A stretch of 64,000 nucleotides of DNA, from IMG/VR virus record IMGVR_UViG_3300014205_000023, positions 1,481 through 65,480 of that record. One strand, 5' to 3'. The notes under the pieces are model-generated. The model made no database searches, had not been told where the DNA came from, and saw nothing but the letters and a program-made list of their open reading frames with translations. The position numbers and the translations under genes are program-made. Source of the stretch: a virus (Duplodnaviria; Caudoviricetes). Shown here piece by piece: positions 18,301 to 27,246 of the stretch (within the stretch, counting starts at the first letter, position 1; every line of letters starts with the position of its first letter).

Positions 18301-18911
18301 GCCGCTCCCTTCTCATCCACGCCCAACGCAGCCAGGCACGCGCGCGAGCCGTGCAGGTTCGTTGCGGCCTGGTTCTGTTCAGCCACCCACTTGCGCGCCC
18401 CGACGATTGCGATCCCTGCCGCATCGCGCACGTGTGTGTTGCTACGTGCCGGCCAGCCGGCAACAATTCGCGGCAGCATTGCCACAAGCAGTAGGTCGTC
18501 GCGCTCGCCCTTGCGTCGCCGCTTCGTGCCCAGCGCGCGCTTCCACTCGTCGGGCTCGACCAGCACGAGCGGCACGCCCATGTTGTGCGCCGCCTCCTCG
18601 ATGCCGCGAACGACCCCCTGCAGTCGCTCGACGTTCTTGGCTCGTGCGTACACTTCCTGCGCCGTGACGCCCTTGCCACCCCACATAGCGAGCTTGGGCC
18701 ATTCGACGGCGACGAGCACCGTTTCGACCAGGCCAGCGAGGGACAGAACCGAGCCGATGTGCTCGCGCGACTCGGCGCAGTTGAACTTGCCGGCACAGAC
18801 CAGCTCTGGCGATGACGTGAACGCGCGGGCCGGCTCACGGAAGCGCAGAATCGCATAGCCGCCGGCGCGCGCGCCTGGGTCGATGCCGAGCGATAGGAGC
18901 GGCTTGGTCAT
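18297..18911 (-). CDS. RuvC-like Holliday junction resolvase
   Basis: LGIDPG (catalytic D), VAVE, V.PDEWK, HVRDAAGIA. Confidence 0.85.
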   Translation of the reverse strand: MTKPLLSLGIDPGARAGGYAILRFREPARAFTSSPELVCAGKFNCAESREHIGSVLSLAGLVETVLVAVEWPKLAMWGGKGVTAQEVYARAKNVERLQGVVRGIEEAAHNMGVPLVLVEPDEWKRALGTKRRRKGERDDLLLVAMLPRIVAGWPARSNTHVRDAAGIAIVGARKWVAEQNQAATNLHGSRACLAALGVDEKGAA

Positions 18912-19222
18912 GGCGATGCCTCAAGCGACAGTTCCGGGTTCGCCTCGCATGCGTCGCGCAGCTCAACCAGGAACCGCAACGCACCGTCCGCACTGCCCCA
19001 GCCGTTGCTTGGGTTGAGCGCCGCGAATGCTGGCCAGTCGTCGCGCATCGCCCTGATCGCGAGCGTGAGTGGCTCAACCAGATCGCCGGCTCGCGGCTGG
19101 CCGGTGTAGAGCAGATCGCGAATGCCCAGCTTGCTCCACATCGGCGAGATGTTGTGCGTGATGTTGAGATCCAGCACGCTGTGCTTGCAGTGCTTGCAGG
19201 TCAGGTAGACGTCTAGGCTCAT
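18908..19222 (-). CDS. Conserved phage protein, paralogue of 34749..35072
   Basis: SLDVYL..NITHN..NPSNGWGS. Confidence 0.75.
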   Translation of the reverse strand: MSLDVYLTCKHCKHSVLDLNITHNISPMWSKLGIRDLLYTGQPRAGDLVEPLTLAIRAMRDDWPAFAALNPSNGWGSADGALRFLVELRDACEANPELSLEASP

Positions 19223-19231
19223 CTCATCACC

Positions 19232-19540
19232 TCACGGCTGCGCGCACGGGCACCCAGCTGGACTGTGCAGCGCGGCGAGTTGTCGGGAGCGCCAAGTCGT
19301 GGTCGCAACCTGTCGGCGCACAACGGACCGGTGCAGGCGCCGCTCCCTGTCGGCCGGGTTGTCGCGGTACGATGTGCGCCCCAGCTCGTTGCGACAGACT
19401 CGGCAGATCCATACCTGCCCCTCGTGCCACTCGTGCCGGCGACGCAGCACGTGGCAGCGCGGGCATTCGCGCATCACCACGGCATCGTCGCCAACGAACG
19501 AGAACCCAATCTGCCTGCTCATTGTGCCTTCGTGCATCAT
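19232..19540 (-). CDS. Zn-ribbon hypothetical protein
   Basis: CPRC...CRVC. Confidence 0.55.
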   Translation of the reverse strand: MMHEGTMSRQIGFSFVGDDAVVMRECPRCHVLRRRHEWHEGQVWICRVCRNELGRTSYRDNPADRERRLHRSVVRRQVATTTWRSRQLAALHSPAGCPCAQP

Positions 19541-19554
19541 GCCTCCAATCCGCA

Positions 19555-19833
19555 CTACCCAAGACGGAACGCGCACAACTCGGGGCGAATCGCGCCAGCG
19601 TCGTCCGCCAGCGCTCGGCATTCGAGACGCCCAGCCGCGCACCGGAACGAATCTTCCGCCGCATCGGTGGTCAGCTTGGCTTCGGCCTCAGTGCACCCAA
19701 GCTCGTTGGCGATCTGCTCGTCGCTCATTGGCCCCTCGTCGGCCAGGTCGAGGCAGCACAGGCCGGTGGGGAGCACGTAGCGGCAGGTGCGGCATTGCCC
19801 GGTGCAGGTCGACTTTGCTGGCCGCTTAGTCAT
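19555..19833 (-). CDS. Cys-rich HTH protein (sigma region-4-like)
   Basis: CRTC..CCLDLADEGPMSDEQIANELGCT. Confidence 0.55.
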   Translation of the reverse strand: MTKRPAKSTCTGQCRTCRYVLPTGLCCLDLADEGPMSDEQIANELGCTEAEAKLTTDAAEDSFRCAAGRLECRALADDAGAIRPELCAFRLG

Positions 19834-21259
19834 GGTCGGTCTCCGTCCAGTCGCGGTGTGGTGGGATTGGCGTGGTGTCGGCTGCCCATTGCTCGAAGGA
19901 TTGCGGCTCGTCGCGCCCGCCCGCTGTGTTGCGGAACGAACACGACCCGCCGAACCAACGCAGCTTGACGATCCCGGTCGGCCCATTGCGCTGCTTGGCG
20001 ATGATGATCTCGGTTTCGCCGCTCGTGTCCTTCGCGCCGCGCTGCTCGTCGTAGTACCCAGGCCGGAACAGAAACAGCACGTCGTCCGCGTCCTGCTCAA
20101 TCGCGCCTGATTCGCGCAGGTCGCTCAGCATCGGTCGCTTGTCGCTTCGGCTCTCGACGCCGCGGTTCAGTTGCGACAGGAGCAGCACGGGCACGCTCAG
20201 GTCGCGCGCCAAGCACTTCATCGCGCGGGTCATCTGCGACACCTGCTCGTCGCGGCTCGCATTCTTGCTGGCCTCGGCGCGAACGAGCTGTAGGTAGTCG
20301 ACCAGCACAAGCCCTAGCGGCAACCCGCCGCGCTTGGCTGCGCTGGCCATGCGCCGCGCTCGACTGCGAATGTCCGTGGCAGTCAGTCCAGCGCGGTCCT
20401 CGATTGTGATCGGCAGTTGCTCCAAGAGCTGCGCCGCGCCGTTCACTTCGCTGCGATCGTCGTGCGTCATGGTCCAGGGCCGCTGAATCTTGCGCAGGTC
20501 AACGCCGCACTCGGCCGAGATGAGCCGTGCGCTCAACTGCTCGTGTGGCATCTCCAACGAGAACCACGCCACGGCGCACACCTCGGCCGCATTGCGCGCG
20601 ATTGCCCCGGCAAGTGCCGACTTGCCCATACCCGGCCTGGACGCGAGCACGACCAGATCGCCGCCGCGCAGACCGCCTAGCATGCGGTCCAGGTCGACGA
20701 GCCCCGTTTCGAGCCCGACCGTGCCGCGGTGCTCGGCCGCCACCATCTGCTCGGCAACGCAGCACAGCGACTCGCGCAGGGTCACGCCGTCGCGGTGCGA
20801 ATCGTCCTGGCCAAGCCGCATCACCTCGGCCTCAAGCTCAGCGAGGTAGCCGGCCACGTCCGACGCCGCCCCGTACCCAACGGCCGCGCGCTCGTGACAG
20901 ACCGCAATGGCCCGGCGCAGGCGTGAGAGCGCCACGACCAGCTCGGCGTGCTGCGACACGTGCGCGGTCGCGGGCGTGCCATCCACGATCTGAGCGAGCC
21001 GCGACGCCCCGCCACAGCGCTGCAACGTTTCGGCCGCGCGCATGGCCTGACCGACCAGAACAATGTCGACCGGCGACGACTCGGACCGCAGGCCCGTGAT
21101 CGCCCGCCAGATGTCGGCGTTGGCCTCGCTGTAGAAGTGCTCGGGCCGCAACACGTCGGCCACTTCGTCCAGCGCCTCACCGGACAGCATGCAGGCGGAC
21201 AGCACCGCGGCCTCAGCGTCGAGGTCGTTCGGCGGGACCAGGCCGGCACAGGTCGTCAC
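19826..21259 (-). CDS. dnaB: Replicative DNA helicase DnaB
   Basis: PPNDLDAEAAVL N-domain, ASRPGMGKS, VDYLQL, LSQLNR, DLRESGAIEQDAD, IIAKQRNGPTG. Confidence 0.97.
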   Translation of the reverse strand: MTTCAGLVPPNDLDAEAAVLSACMLSGEALDEVADVLRPEHFYSEANADIWRAITGLRSESSPVDIVLVGQAMRAAETLQRCGGASRLAQIVDGTPATAHVSQHAELVVALSRLRRAIAVCHERAAVGYGAASDVAGYLAELEAEVMRLGQDDSHRDGVTLRESLCCVAEQMVAAEHRGTVGLETGLVDLDRMLGGLRGGDLVVLASRPGMGKSALAGAIARNAAEVCAVAWFSLEMPHEQLSARLISAECGVDLRKIQRPWTMTHDDRSEVNGAAQLLEQLPITIEDRAGLTATDIRSRARRMASAAKRGGLPLGLVLVDYLQLVRAEASKNASRDEQVSQMTRAMKCLARDLSVPVLLLSQLNRGVESRSDKRPMLSDLRESGAIEQDADDVLFLFRPGYYDEQRGAKDTSGETEIIIAKQRNGPTGIVKLRWFGGSCSFRNTAGGRDEPQSFEQWAADTTPIPPHRDWTETDHD

Positions 21260-22071
21260 GATACCGCCTTGCTGGGCTCAGGGGCGGGCTGTGGGCGCGT
21301 TGGGGTGCGGGGCGGGGCACAGGCACCGACCACCATGAAGGGCTCGCGACAGCGCATTGGGTCGCCAGCCACGGGCAACGAGTGCTGGGCTGGCTGGTCG
21401 GTCTTGCCAAGGAAGAACTCGACGCGCTCGCGTGACCGAAAGACCAGCTCTGGGTCGGTCTGCCCCTCGTCGCGATGCCACTTGGACGACCAGAGCCCGT
21501 CAACCGCCAGCCGAAGCTCGGCCTCGGTCGAGTCGGTCAGCCTGGCGCGGATCTGGGCGCGTCGTTTTGGGGTGAGCGTCAGGGGGCTGGACTTGCCCGA
21601 CTCGGAGCGGCGAAGCAGGAAGTGCGACCAGACCGAATCGACCGCAGGATCCTCTCTTATGGGTATGGGATTGGGATTGGGTCTGGGGCATGCCTCGGCT
21701 ATCGTTTTGCCATCGTGTTTGCCATGCGGTTTGCCATCGTTTTGCCATCGGCTTTCGGCACCACGCACCCCAGCGGATTGACGCGCTTTTCTGGTCTTCG
21801 CAGTCTTGCGAGCGCTCGGGTTGTACCGCGTGAAGTCGTGCAGCGCGTACCCGTCGGGCGCACTTTCGAGCAATCCTACCTGCACGAGACGCTGCGTTTG
21901 CTCGCCGTTCGCATCGTCGAACATGCGCGCGACACACTCCGGCACGTAGCCGTCCGTGAGCTGGTCGAGCGCCCACGATCGGAGCCTCGTCCAGAGCCCC
22001 ACGGCGGCGTTGCCGGCCGCTACCAGCTTTGGGTGGCTGTGCGCCTTGTCGTCAAGTCGTCCCCAGGTCAT
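21256..22071 (-). CDS. Replication initiator / replisome organiser
   Basis: MTWGRLDD..HSHPK..AVGLW..TDGYVP N-terminus, YALHDF, C-terminal helical domain; directly upstream of dnaB. Confidence 0.75.
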   Translation of the reverse strand: MTWGRLDDKAHSHPKLVAAGNAAVGLWTRLRSWALDQLTDGYVPECVARMFDDANGEQTQRLVQVGLLESAPDGYALHDFTRYNPSARKTAKTRKARQSAGVRGAESRWQNDGKPHGKHDGKTIAEACPRPNPNPIPIREDPAVDSVWSHFLLRRSESGKSSPLTLTPKRRAQIRARLTDSTEAELRLAVDGLWSSKWHRDEGQTDPELVFRSRERVEFFLGKTDQPAQHSLPVAGDPMRCREPFMVVGACAPPRTPTRPQPAPEPSKAVS

Positions 22072-22096
22072 TCATCGCCTCTCTGTTCTGCCCTGC

Positions 22097-22459
22097 TCAT
22101 GCCTGCCCCGCCTCCCCCGGATACAACCCACCCAGAACTTGCACGACGTAATCGGTCAGGCTCGTGCACTCGCGGATCGGCCCGCCGCCTTCCACCATGC
22201 CCCTGGGCTCGCCTTGCCTGCCCAGCGCTGCCGCGACCAGGGTTCGCAGTGGCGTGCCGTGTTGCAGTGCAATCGAGAACGTGACGCTCCACTCCTCGAT
22301 CATCGTGCGCAGCGGCGAGCCGACCTTCGCGACCGTGACGAACAGCTCGCCGACCGTGCCGTCCGGGTACTCGCCGGTCGATACGTAGACGCGAAACCCG
22401 GCGACGCGCGCTGCGACCGTGACGCACTTGCGCCGAGCGGGGAGGCGACGACGGGTCAT
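22097..22459 (-). CDS. Stand-alone TSCPD domain (class II RNR NrdJ C-terminal-like)
   Basis: RRRLPARR..T, VYVSTGEYPDGTVGELFV..K.GS, SIALQHGTPL, EP.G, CTSLTDYV. Confidence 0.8.
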   Translation of the reverse strand: MTRRRLPARRKCVTVAARVAGFRVYVSTGEYPDGTVGELFVTVAKVGSPLRTMIEEWSVTFSIALQHGTPLRTLVAAALGRQGEPRGMVEGGGPIRECTSLTDYVVQVLGGLYPGEAGQA

Positions 22460-23076
22460 GCGAACCCCCGCCAGTCGTGTTCGTCGCAGTACCGCCGGAC
22501 GAACTCGCGCCACTTGCGGTCCAGCTGGCTCGACAGGTACCGGCGCCCATCCCACCGGCACGGGAGCCAGTCGGGGCAGCCCCGCTCATCGTCGGCCTCA
22601 GCGGCCAGCGCGGCCCGTAGCTCGTCGCTGGCGTCCCAGGCCGTCTCCAGCGCGTCGAAGCGCTTGGTAGCTGGCGTCAGCACCACGAAGCCGAACAGGC
22701 TCAGCACGACCAGCCTCGTGGCCGTGGTGACGAACGCGGCGGCCTCCTCGGCGGCGTCGCTCAGGTCGTCGTACTGCGAGACGCGGTTGAACTGGGTCCG
22801 CTCGCCGTCGGCCAGCTCGCTCTGGAGCTCCACGTGGTACCGAACCTTGCCGCGCCACTCGACCCGGCGCACGGCGGCGTACACGTAGGCGGCGCCCCAC
22901 GGTGCGGCCTGGTCGTCCACGCGCATGGACCAGCACGCCACGAGCCGAGCCGAGCCGGTCTCGACGGTCAGCGCCACGGGGAAGCCCAACGCCTCGGCGA
23001 CGTGAAGCCAGTCGAGGGGGCCGATGGGCGACGGGCCGGACCGGGCGGCGAAGGACAGTAGCGCTTGGCCGGTCAT
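22456..23076 (-). CDS. Hypothetical protein
   Basis: 206 aa; ATGA-coupled to the TSCPD gene. Confidence 0.65.
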   Translation of the reverse strand: MTGQALLSFAARSGPSPIGPLDWLHVAEALGFPVALTVETGSARLVACWSMRVDDQAAPWGAAYVYAAVRRVEWRGKVRYHVELQSELADGERTQFNRVSQYDDLSDAAEEAAAFVTTATRLVVLSLFGFVVLTPATKRFDALETAWDASDELRAALAAEADDERGCPDWLPCRWDGRRYLSSQLDRKWREFVRRYCDEHDWRGFA

Positions 23077-23270
23077 GGGCGCACCTCGGCGCCATGGTTC
23101 CGCCATGGTCCTGCAGTCAGCCATGGCCGAACGGCGCAGATAGCGTCAGCTACGGGCCAGCAATGTCCGGCACGTAGCCGAAGCCACGACATCAAGACGG
23201 TAGCGGGACTGGCGCGAAACTGGCAGACGTCTAGGCTGTTTCGCTCTTTTCCGCGCCGTGCCCATGGTCG
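23077..23270. other. Candidate attP region
   Basis: Only sizeable gap in the leftward operon, immediately after int. Arm-like repeats GCCATGG at 23091, 23102, 23120 (CCCATGG at 23261) and ACTGGC at 23208, 23219. Confidence 0.5.
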
Positions 23271-24304
23271 GTGATCACGGTTTCGAGCGGCGGCGCCAGG
23301 TTCACGACGTTGCGCAGGTTCGCCATGTGGTCGGGCAGCATGTGCGAATACCGCTCGGTCGTGTGCTGCGTCGTGTGGCCAAGGATCCGCGCCAGGTCGA
23401 ACATGCTCCCGCCGTTCGCGAGGAAGTGCGAGGAGAAGGTGTGTCGTAGCTGGTGGGCGCCGCCGCTCAACTCGGCGAGTTTGACCGCTCGCTGCCAGTG
23501 CTTCACGGGCCACTGCAGTCGGTGCCGACCGTAGCGCGAGCAGAACAGCGGGCCGCTCGGCAGCACCGGCCCGAGCGACGCGAGCGCAGCATCCGAGAGC
23601 GGAACTTCCCGAGCCCGCCCCGACTTCGGCCGCCACTCGCGCGTCACGGGCACGCGCACGAGCCGGGCATCGACGTCCACCCACTGCCACTCGGCCGCGA
23701 TGATCTCGCCGCAGCGCATCCCGGTGTTGACCGCGAACGTCACGAGCGGGGTCAGCCACCGGGCCGTGGCTGAGCATGCAGCGAACAAGCGCGCCAGTTC
23801 GTCCGCTCCGAACGCTCGCGCCCTCGACGGGCCCGACTCGCGCAGCGGCTTGATCGCTGGCCGGCTCACCGGCTGCCCGCTCGCGCGAGCCCAGGACAGA
23901 ACCGCCGACAGCGCGCGCAGCTCCGAGTTGACCGTCGAGGGGCGCATCCCGGCGCGCACGCGCGCGGCCTTGAACGCCTCGACCGTGGCCGTCGAGAGCG
24001 TAGCGAGCTTCGCGTTGCCCAGCGCGGAGCAAAGCGTTTCGATCTGGTAGCGTCTGGACTCGTGCCATGTCCTACGCCCCAGCTGCCTTTCCGCGTGCTC
24101 CCGGTAGCGGTGCGCGCAGAAGTCGGCGAACGTCATCCCGGCTCGGGCCTCCGGGCAGTCCTCGGCCCGCAGGCGCAGGCGCTCGCTCGCCTCGAACGCA
24201 TTCGCCTCGGCCTTCGAGCCCCTGACCAGCTTCTCGTGCGGCTTCCCGCCCGACCAGATCACTACCCGCCACTGCCCCTTGCGAGAGCTGCGATAGACCG
24301 GCAT
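23231..24304 (-). CDS. int: Tyrosine integrase
   Basis: NTGMRCGE (R), HQLRHTF (HxLR), LGH..TTERY (H, Y); N-terminal arm-binding-like segment. Confidence 0.95.
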   Translation of the reverse strand: MPVYRSSRKGQWRVVIWSGGKPHEKLVRGSKAEANAFEASERLRLRAEDCPEARAGMTFADFCAHRYREHAERQLGRRTWHESRRYQIETLCSALGNAKLATLSTATVEAFKAARVRAGMRPSTVNSELRALSAVLSWARASGQPVSRPAIKPLRESGPSRARAFGADELARLFAACSATARWLTPLVTFAVNTGMRCGEIIAAEWQWVDVDARLVRVPVTREWRPKSGRAREVPLSDAALASLGPVLPSGPLFCSRYGRHRLQWPVKHWQRAVKLAELSGGAHQLRHTFSSHFLANGGSMFDLARILGHTTQHTTERYSHMLPDHMANLRNVVNLAPPLETVITDHGHGAEKSETA

Positions 24305-24455
24305 CCGCCGACTCTACCACGGCCGCGTCAGCCGGGATCCGCCACGTTCGAGGCCCGATCCGCACAGCGCCAGGCACGCGGCCAGCGGCGAGCAGCCGCC
24401 GCACGGCGCGAGCGGGCAGCATCCACCGCGCGCCGAAGTCCGCCGGGCTGAGCAT
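24072..24455 (-). CDS. Excisionase-like HTH protein (ORF runs on into int in another frame)
   Basis: MLSPADFGARW...VRRLLAAGRVPGAVRIGPRTWRIP, an HTH_17-like pattern. Confidence 0.7.
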   Translation of the reverse strand: MLSPADFGARWMLPARAVRRLLAAGRVPGAVRIGPRTWRIPADAAVVESADAGLSQLSQGAVAGSDLVGREAAREAGQGLEGRGECVRGERAPAPAGRGLPGGPSRDDVRRLLRAPLPGARGKAAGA

Positions 24456-24466
24456 GGTGGGGGAGG

Positions 24467-24634
24467 TCACGCCGCCTCCAACGCGCGCAGTAGGGTCATC
24501 GCAACGCGCCACGCCTCGGGCGCCGAGCTGTAGGCGGCCTCGTCGTGCATCTCGCGGAGCACCTCATCGCGCTCCTCGACTGGCCGCCCCCGCCACGCGC
24601 AGAGCATCGTGTCGACCCACTCGTCGCGCATCAT
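24467..24634 (-). CDS. Small hypothetical protein
   Basis: Coupled to dam. Confidence 0.45.
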   Translation of the reverse strand: MMRDEWVDTMLCAWRGRPVEERDEVLREMHDEAAYSSAPEAWRVAMTLLRALEAA

Positions 24635-25098
24635 GCCGCTGCCCTCCGCGCGCCCCGCGGCGCCCACTCCCACTGCCCGAAGCCGCTCGTCCCGTACCCG
24701 TCCCACACAGACAGCATCAGATCTTTCGGGTAAGGCGCCGTCTCGCCCACGAACGTGAGTCGCGGGTTGAGCCCGAGCACGAGCGCCCTGCCGAGCACGT
24801 GGTCGCGAAACCAGTTCGTGCCGATTGACGCCGGGGTCAGCATCAGGATCGTGCGACCCGGACCGGCCGACTCGCTGCACTTCGCGGCCCACGGGTCGAT
24901 GGTGCGGAACGGCGGGTTGAGCCAGAGCACACCAGACAGGCCCGTCCAGTCTTGAGCCAGCGAGTCGTCGCGCTCCGAGAAGTGGCGCGAGCAGGCAGCG
25001 TTTTCGGGGCAGGCTGCGAGGTCACACGACGGCGCACCGAACCGGCCAGCGACGGCAGCGAAGAACTCGCTCGGCGTTCCGTAGTCCTGCCGGCTCAT
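24631..25098 (-). CDS. dam: Phage DNA N6-adenine methyltransferase (Dam-like)
   Basis: YGTP..FF, DLAA..ENA, DSLAQDW, WLNPPF, LTPAS..TNWF. Confidence 0.9.
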   Translation of the reverse strand: MSRQDYGTPSEFFAAVAGRFGAPSCDLAACPENAACSRHFSERDDSLAQDWTGLSGVLWLNPPFRTIDPWAAKCSESAGPGRTILMLTPASIGTNWFRDHVLGRALVLGLNPRLTFVGETAPYPKDLMLSVWDGYGTSGFGQWEWAPRGARRAAA

Positions 25099-25694
25099 CG
25101 CCCCACCCTCATCTGCGCCAGCTCTTCCAGCTCGTCGCGGTACGCCAGATCAGCAGCGGCGCGCAGCTCATCGAGTTCGCGCAACCGCTCAAGCCTCTCC
25201 TCTACAGTGCGCACCGAGCCGGCCTGGCTCGTGGCCATTCGCGAGCGAAGCAGCGCGGCGTCAGCGTCGGCGGCCTGGACGTGGATGTTCAGCGCGTGGT
25301 CTTCCGGCGCGCGCGGGGCGGCGCTGCCCTTGTCGGCAGCGATGCGCTCTAGGTTGGCCAGGTGCGCGCGGGCAATCGCGAGCGGGACCGACGTCATGCC
25401 GGTGAGCGCAAGCAGCAGGTTGTCCCGCAGCGACCAGTTCGCGTCTTCGTTGGCCGGGTCGATCTTGGCGTTGATGCGCGACTGGCTCAGCCCGAGCCGC
25501 TGCGCTACGCACGCGACGCTGACCCGAGCGGTGCTCGCCGTGGCCAGCGCGTCACGCACCAGCGCGGCCACGCTCTCGGTTGCGAAAGTGCGCTGCGTCC
25601 TGGGCATCTGCGCAGGGAGAGCTTTTGCGCGCTCGTGCACTGTTGCGCTCTCGGCCGAACTGCGACGCTCGTTCTGTGCCACCATGATCGCCAC
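25095..25694 (-). CDS. CII/Cro-like HTH regulator
   Basis: VACVAQRLGLSQSRINAKIDP; first gene of the leftward operon, divergent from the repressor. Confidence 0.6.
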   Translation of the reverse strand: MAIMVAQNERRSSAESATVHERAKALPAQMPRTQRTFATESVAALVRDALATASTARVSVACVAQRLGLSQSRINAKIDPANEDANWSLRDNLLLALTGMTSVPLAIARAHLANLERIAADKGSAAPRAPEDHALNIHVQAADADAALLRSRMATSQAGSVRTVEERLERLRELDELRAAADLAYRDELEELAQMRVGR

Positions 25695-25700
25695 CTCGCT

Positions 25701-25746
25701 TCTATCTCTATTACAGGTGCGGTTCGTATGTCAACTGTAATTGCGA
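25701..25746 (-). promoter_or_regulatory. Leftward early promoter with operator
   Basis: Minus strand reads TCGCAATTACAG-TTGACA-N9-CACCTG-TA-ATAGAG. Confidence 0.7.
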
Positions 25747-25788
25747 CGACCGGTGGACACCGGCAGCGAGCGGCCTAGGATTCGGCCC

Positions 25789-26226
25789 ATGACGAAGCGC
25801 GACCACACCGGCCCGGCCGCAGGATTCGCCGAACGGCTCATCGATGCGCGGACCGCTGCCGGGCTGTCCGTCTCGCAACTAGTAGAGGGGGCGCGCGTTC
25901 CGCAGCCCACAATCTGGAACTGGGAAGCGGGCAAGCGCGGCAAGGGCTCGCTCAGCACCGCGCTGGTCGGCCGGGTTGCGCAGTGCCTGAGCGTGCGCGT
26001 CGAGTGGCTGCTTTACGGCACCGGCCCGCAGCGGATCGGAGACGAGCAGGCGTCGGACGAGTACCACCGCCGCGCAGCAGCCATAGCTCTGGCCCGCACC
26101 GACGGCGTGCGCGAGGAGGCCGTCGCGTATGTGCTTGGCCTGCGAGGTGCGAGATACGCTCAGCTCACGGCGGCGCAGTGGCTCACGCTGATTCGTGCGC
26201 ACGAGGCGACGCTAGAGGACGCATGA
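25789..26226 (+). CDS. XRE-family HTH repressor (no S24 peptidase domain)
   Basis: FAERLIDARTAAGLSVSQL...QPTIWNWEAGKR...VEWLLYGTG. Confidence 0.85.
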   Translation: MTKRDHTGPAAGFAERLIDARTAAGLSVSQLVEGARVPQPTIWNWEAGKRGKGSLSTALVGRVAQCLSVRVEWLLYGTGPQRIGDEQASDEYHRRAAAIALARTDGVREEAVAYVLGLRGARYAQLTAAQWLTLIRAHEATLEDA

Positions 26227-26462
26227 TCACGACGTGCCCGGAATGTGGCGGACAGGTCTCAGACAGCGCGCCGAGCTGCCCGCACTGCGGATTCACGCCG
26301 TACCGTCAGGCGCCGGTGATGTCTGCGCAGCAGCGCCCCATCATCGTGCGCGAGAAGCCGGGTTTTCTAGACGCGAAGGCGAACCTGGCCGGGTGCATCT
26401 GGGCAATCGTGCTTATCCCGGCCGTGATCGTGTTCGCGCTGATCGCCGCCGCCGCGTGCTAG
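26223..26462 (+). CDS. Zn-ribbon membrane protein (lysogeny-expressed candidate)
   Basis: CPECG..SAPSCPHCG plus C-terminal hydrophobic helix; ATGA-coupled to the repressor. Confidence 0.75.
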   Translation: MITTCPECGGQVSDSAPSCPHCGFTPYRQAPVMSAQQRPIIVREKPGFLDAKANLAGCIWAIVLIPAVIVFALIAAAAC

Positions 26463-26785
26463 CCGTAGCGCCGATCCGCGATATCGGACACGCGCTCCGC
26501 ATCGTCGAGGTAGCCGTGGCAGCACGCGATCCGCTCTAGCGAAGCCGAAACGCGCGCGATCCCCGACATGGCTGTAACCGCCATGCGCGTAGCCGCGTCC
26601 AGCTCGGTGGCGATCGTCGCCACGTCGCTTCGGTCGTCCCTGGCCTGAGCGCGCGCGACCGCTCCGACCATCATCTCGTGCGCTCGGCCCAACTCTCGCA
26701 CGAGCCGTAGCGCCGTCATTAGATCACGATCTGCCGCTGAATCAAGGGCATCGCGCGACTCAAGCAGGACCACTTCCCTCCGCAT
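26459..26785 (-). CDS. Hypothetical protein
   Basis: 108-aa helical ORF convergent with the repressor operon. Confidence 0.5.
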   Translation of the reverse strand: MRREVVLLESRDALDSAADRDLMTALRLVRELGRAHEMMVGAVARAQARDDRSDVATIATELDAATRMAVTAMSGIARVSASLERIACCHGYLDDAERVSDIADRRYG

Positions 26786-26841
26786 CGAATCTCCCCGACC
26801 TTCCCAAATCCGAAGCTAGCAGAAAAAAACGGGGGGGGGCG

Positions 26842-26879
26842 GAATTACTCTTGCATTCGCAATTACACCTGCTATAGAT
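26842..26879 (+). promoter_or_regulatory. Rightward early promoter with operator
   Basis: TTGCAT-TCGCAATTA-CACCTG-CT-ATAGAT; A7 tract upstream. Confidence 0.7.
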
Positions 26880-26985
26880 GGATCCAGGTGGCGCGCTGAA
26901 GGCTGCAAGCGTCTCTCGTGCTCGGCGCCACCTGGCCTTGCGACGCAGGCAGCCTTCAACGCGCGACCGAGAAAGGTGGCGACAG

Positions 26986-27246
26986 ATGAAGGTGGCAACG
27001 ACGGCAGACCAGCGACGCACGGCGCGGCGCGTTCAACGGCTGCTCGACGCAGCACGCGGCGCCGACTGGCTCGCGACGATGACGACCGGCACGGCGCCGG
27101 CACTACTTGCCCGCCGCGCCCGTGAACTGCGCGACGAGCACCGGGACGAGATGCGCGAGGCGATCCGGGTGGTCGCTGCGCATGTAGACGAACGCGCGCG
27201 TAGCACGATGCGTGCCGAGACGGAGCGGGAGGCGACCAGTGTGTAA
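26986..27246 (+). CDS. Hypothetical protein
   Basis: First ORF after the rightward promoter; GAAAGGTGG RBS. Confidence 0.55.
   Translation: MKVATTADQRRTARRVQRLLDAARGADWLATMTTGTAPALLARRARELRDEHRDEMREAIRVVAAHVDERARSTMRAETEREATSV

Noticed and set aside
23203-23229. GCGGGACTGGCGCGAAACTGGCAGACG resembles the 5' end of a tRNA-Leu
   Set aside because: No anticodon or T arm follows, att cores usually copy tRNA 3' parts, and the ACTGGC arm-like repeat explains much of the match. Kept only as a hint for an attB search.
26823-26839. A7-C-G9 tract as a phase-variable switch
   Set aside because: It lies upstream of the -35 rather than in the spacer or a CDS, and another G9 occurs at about 53270 from Pro codons. 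It would need read-level length variation to be credible.
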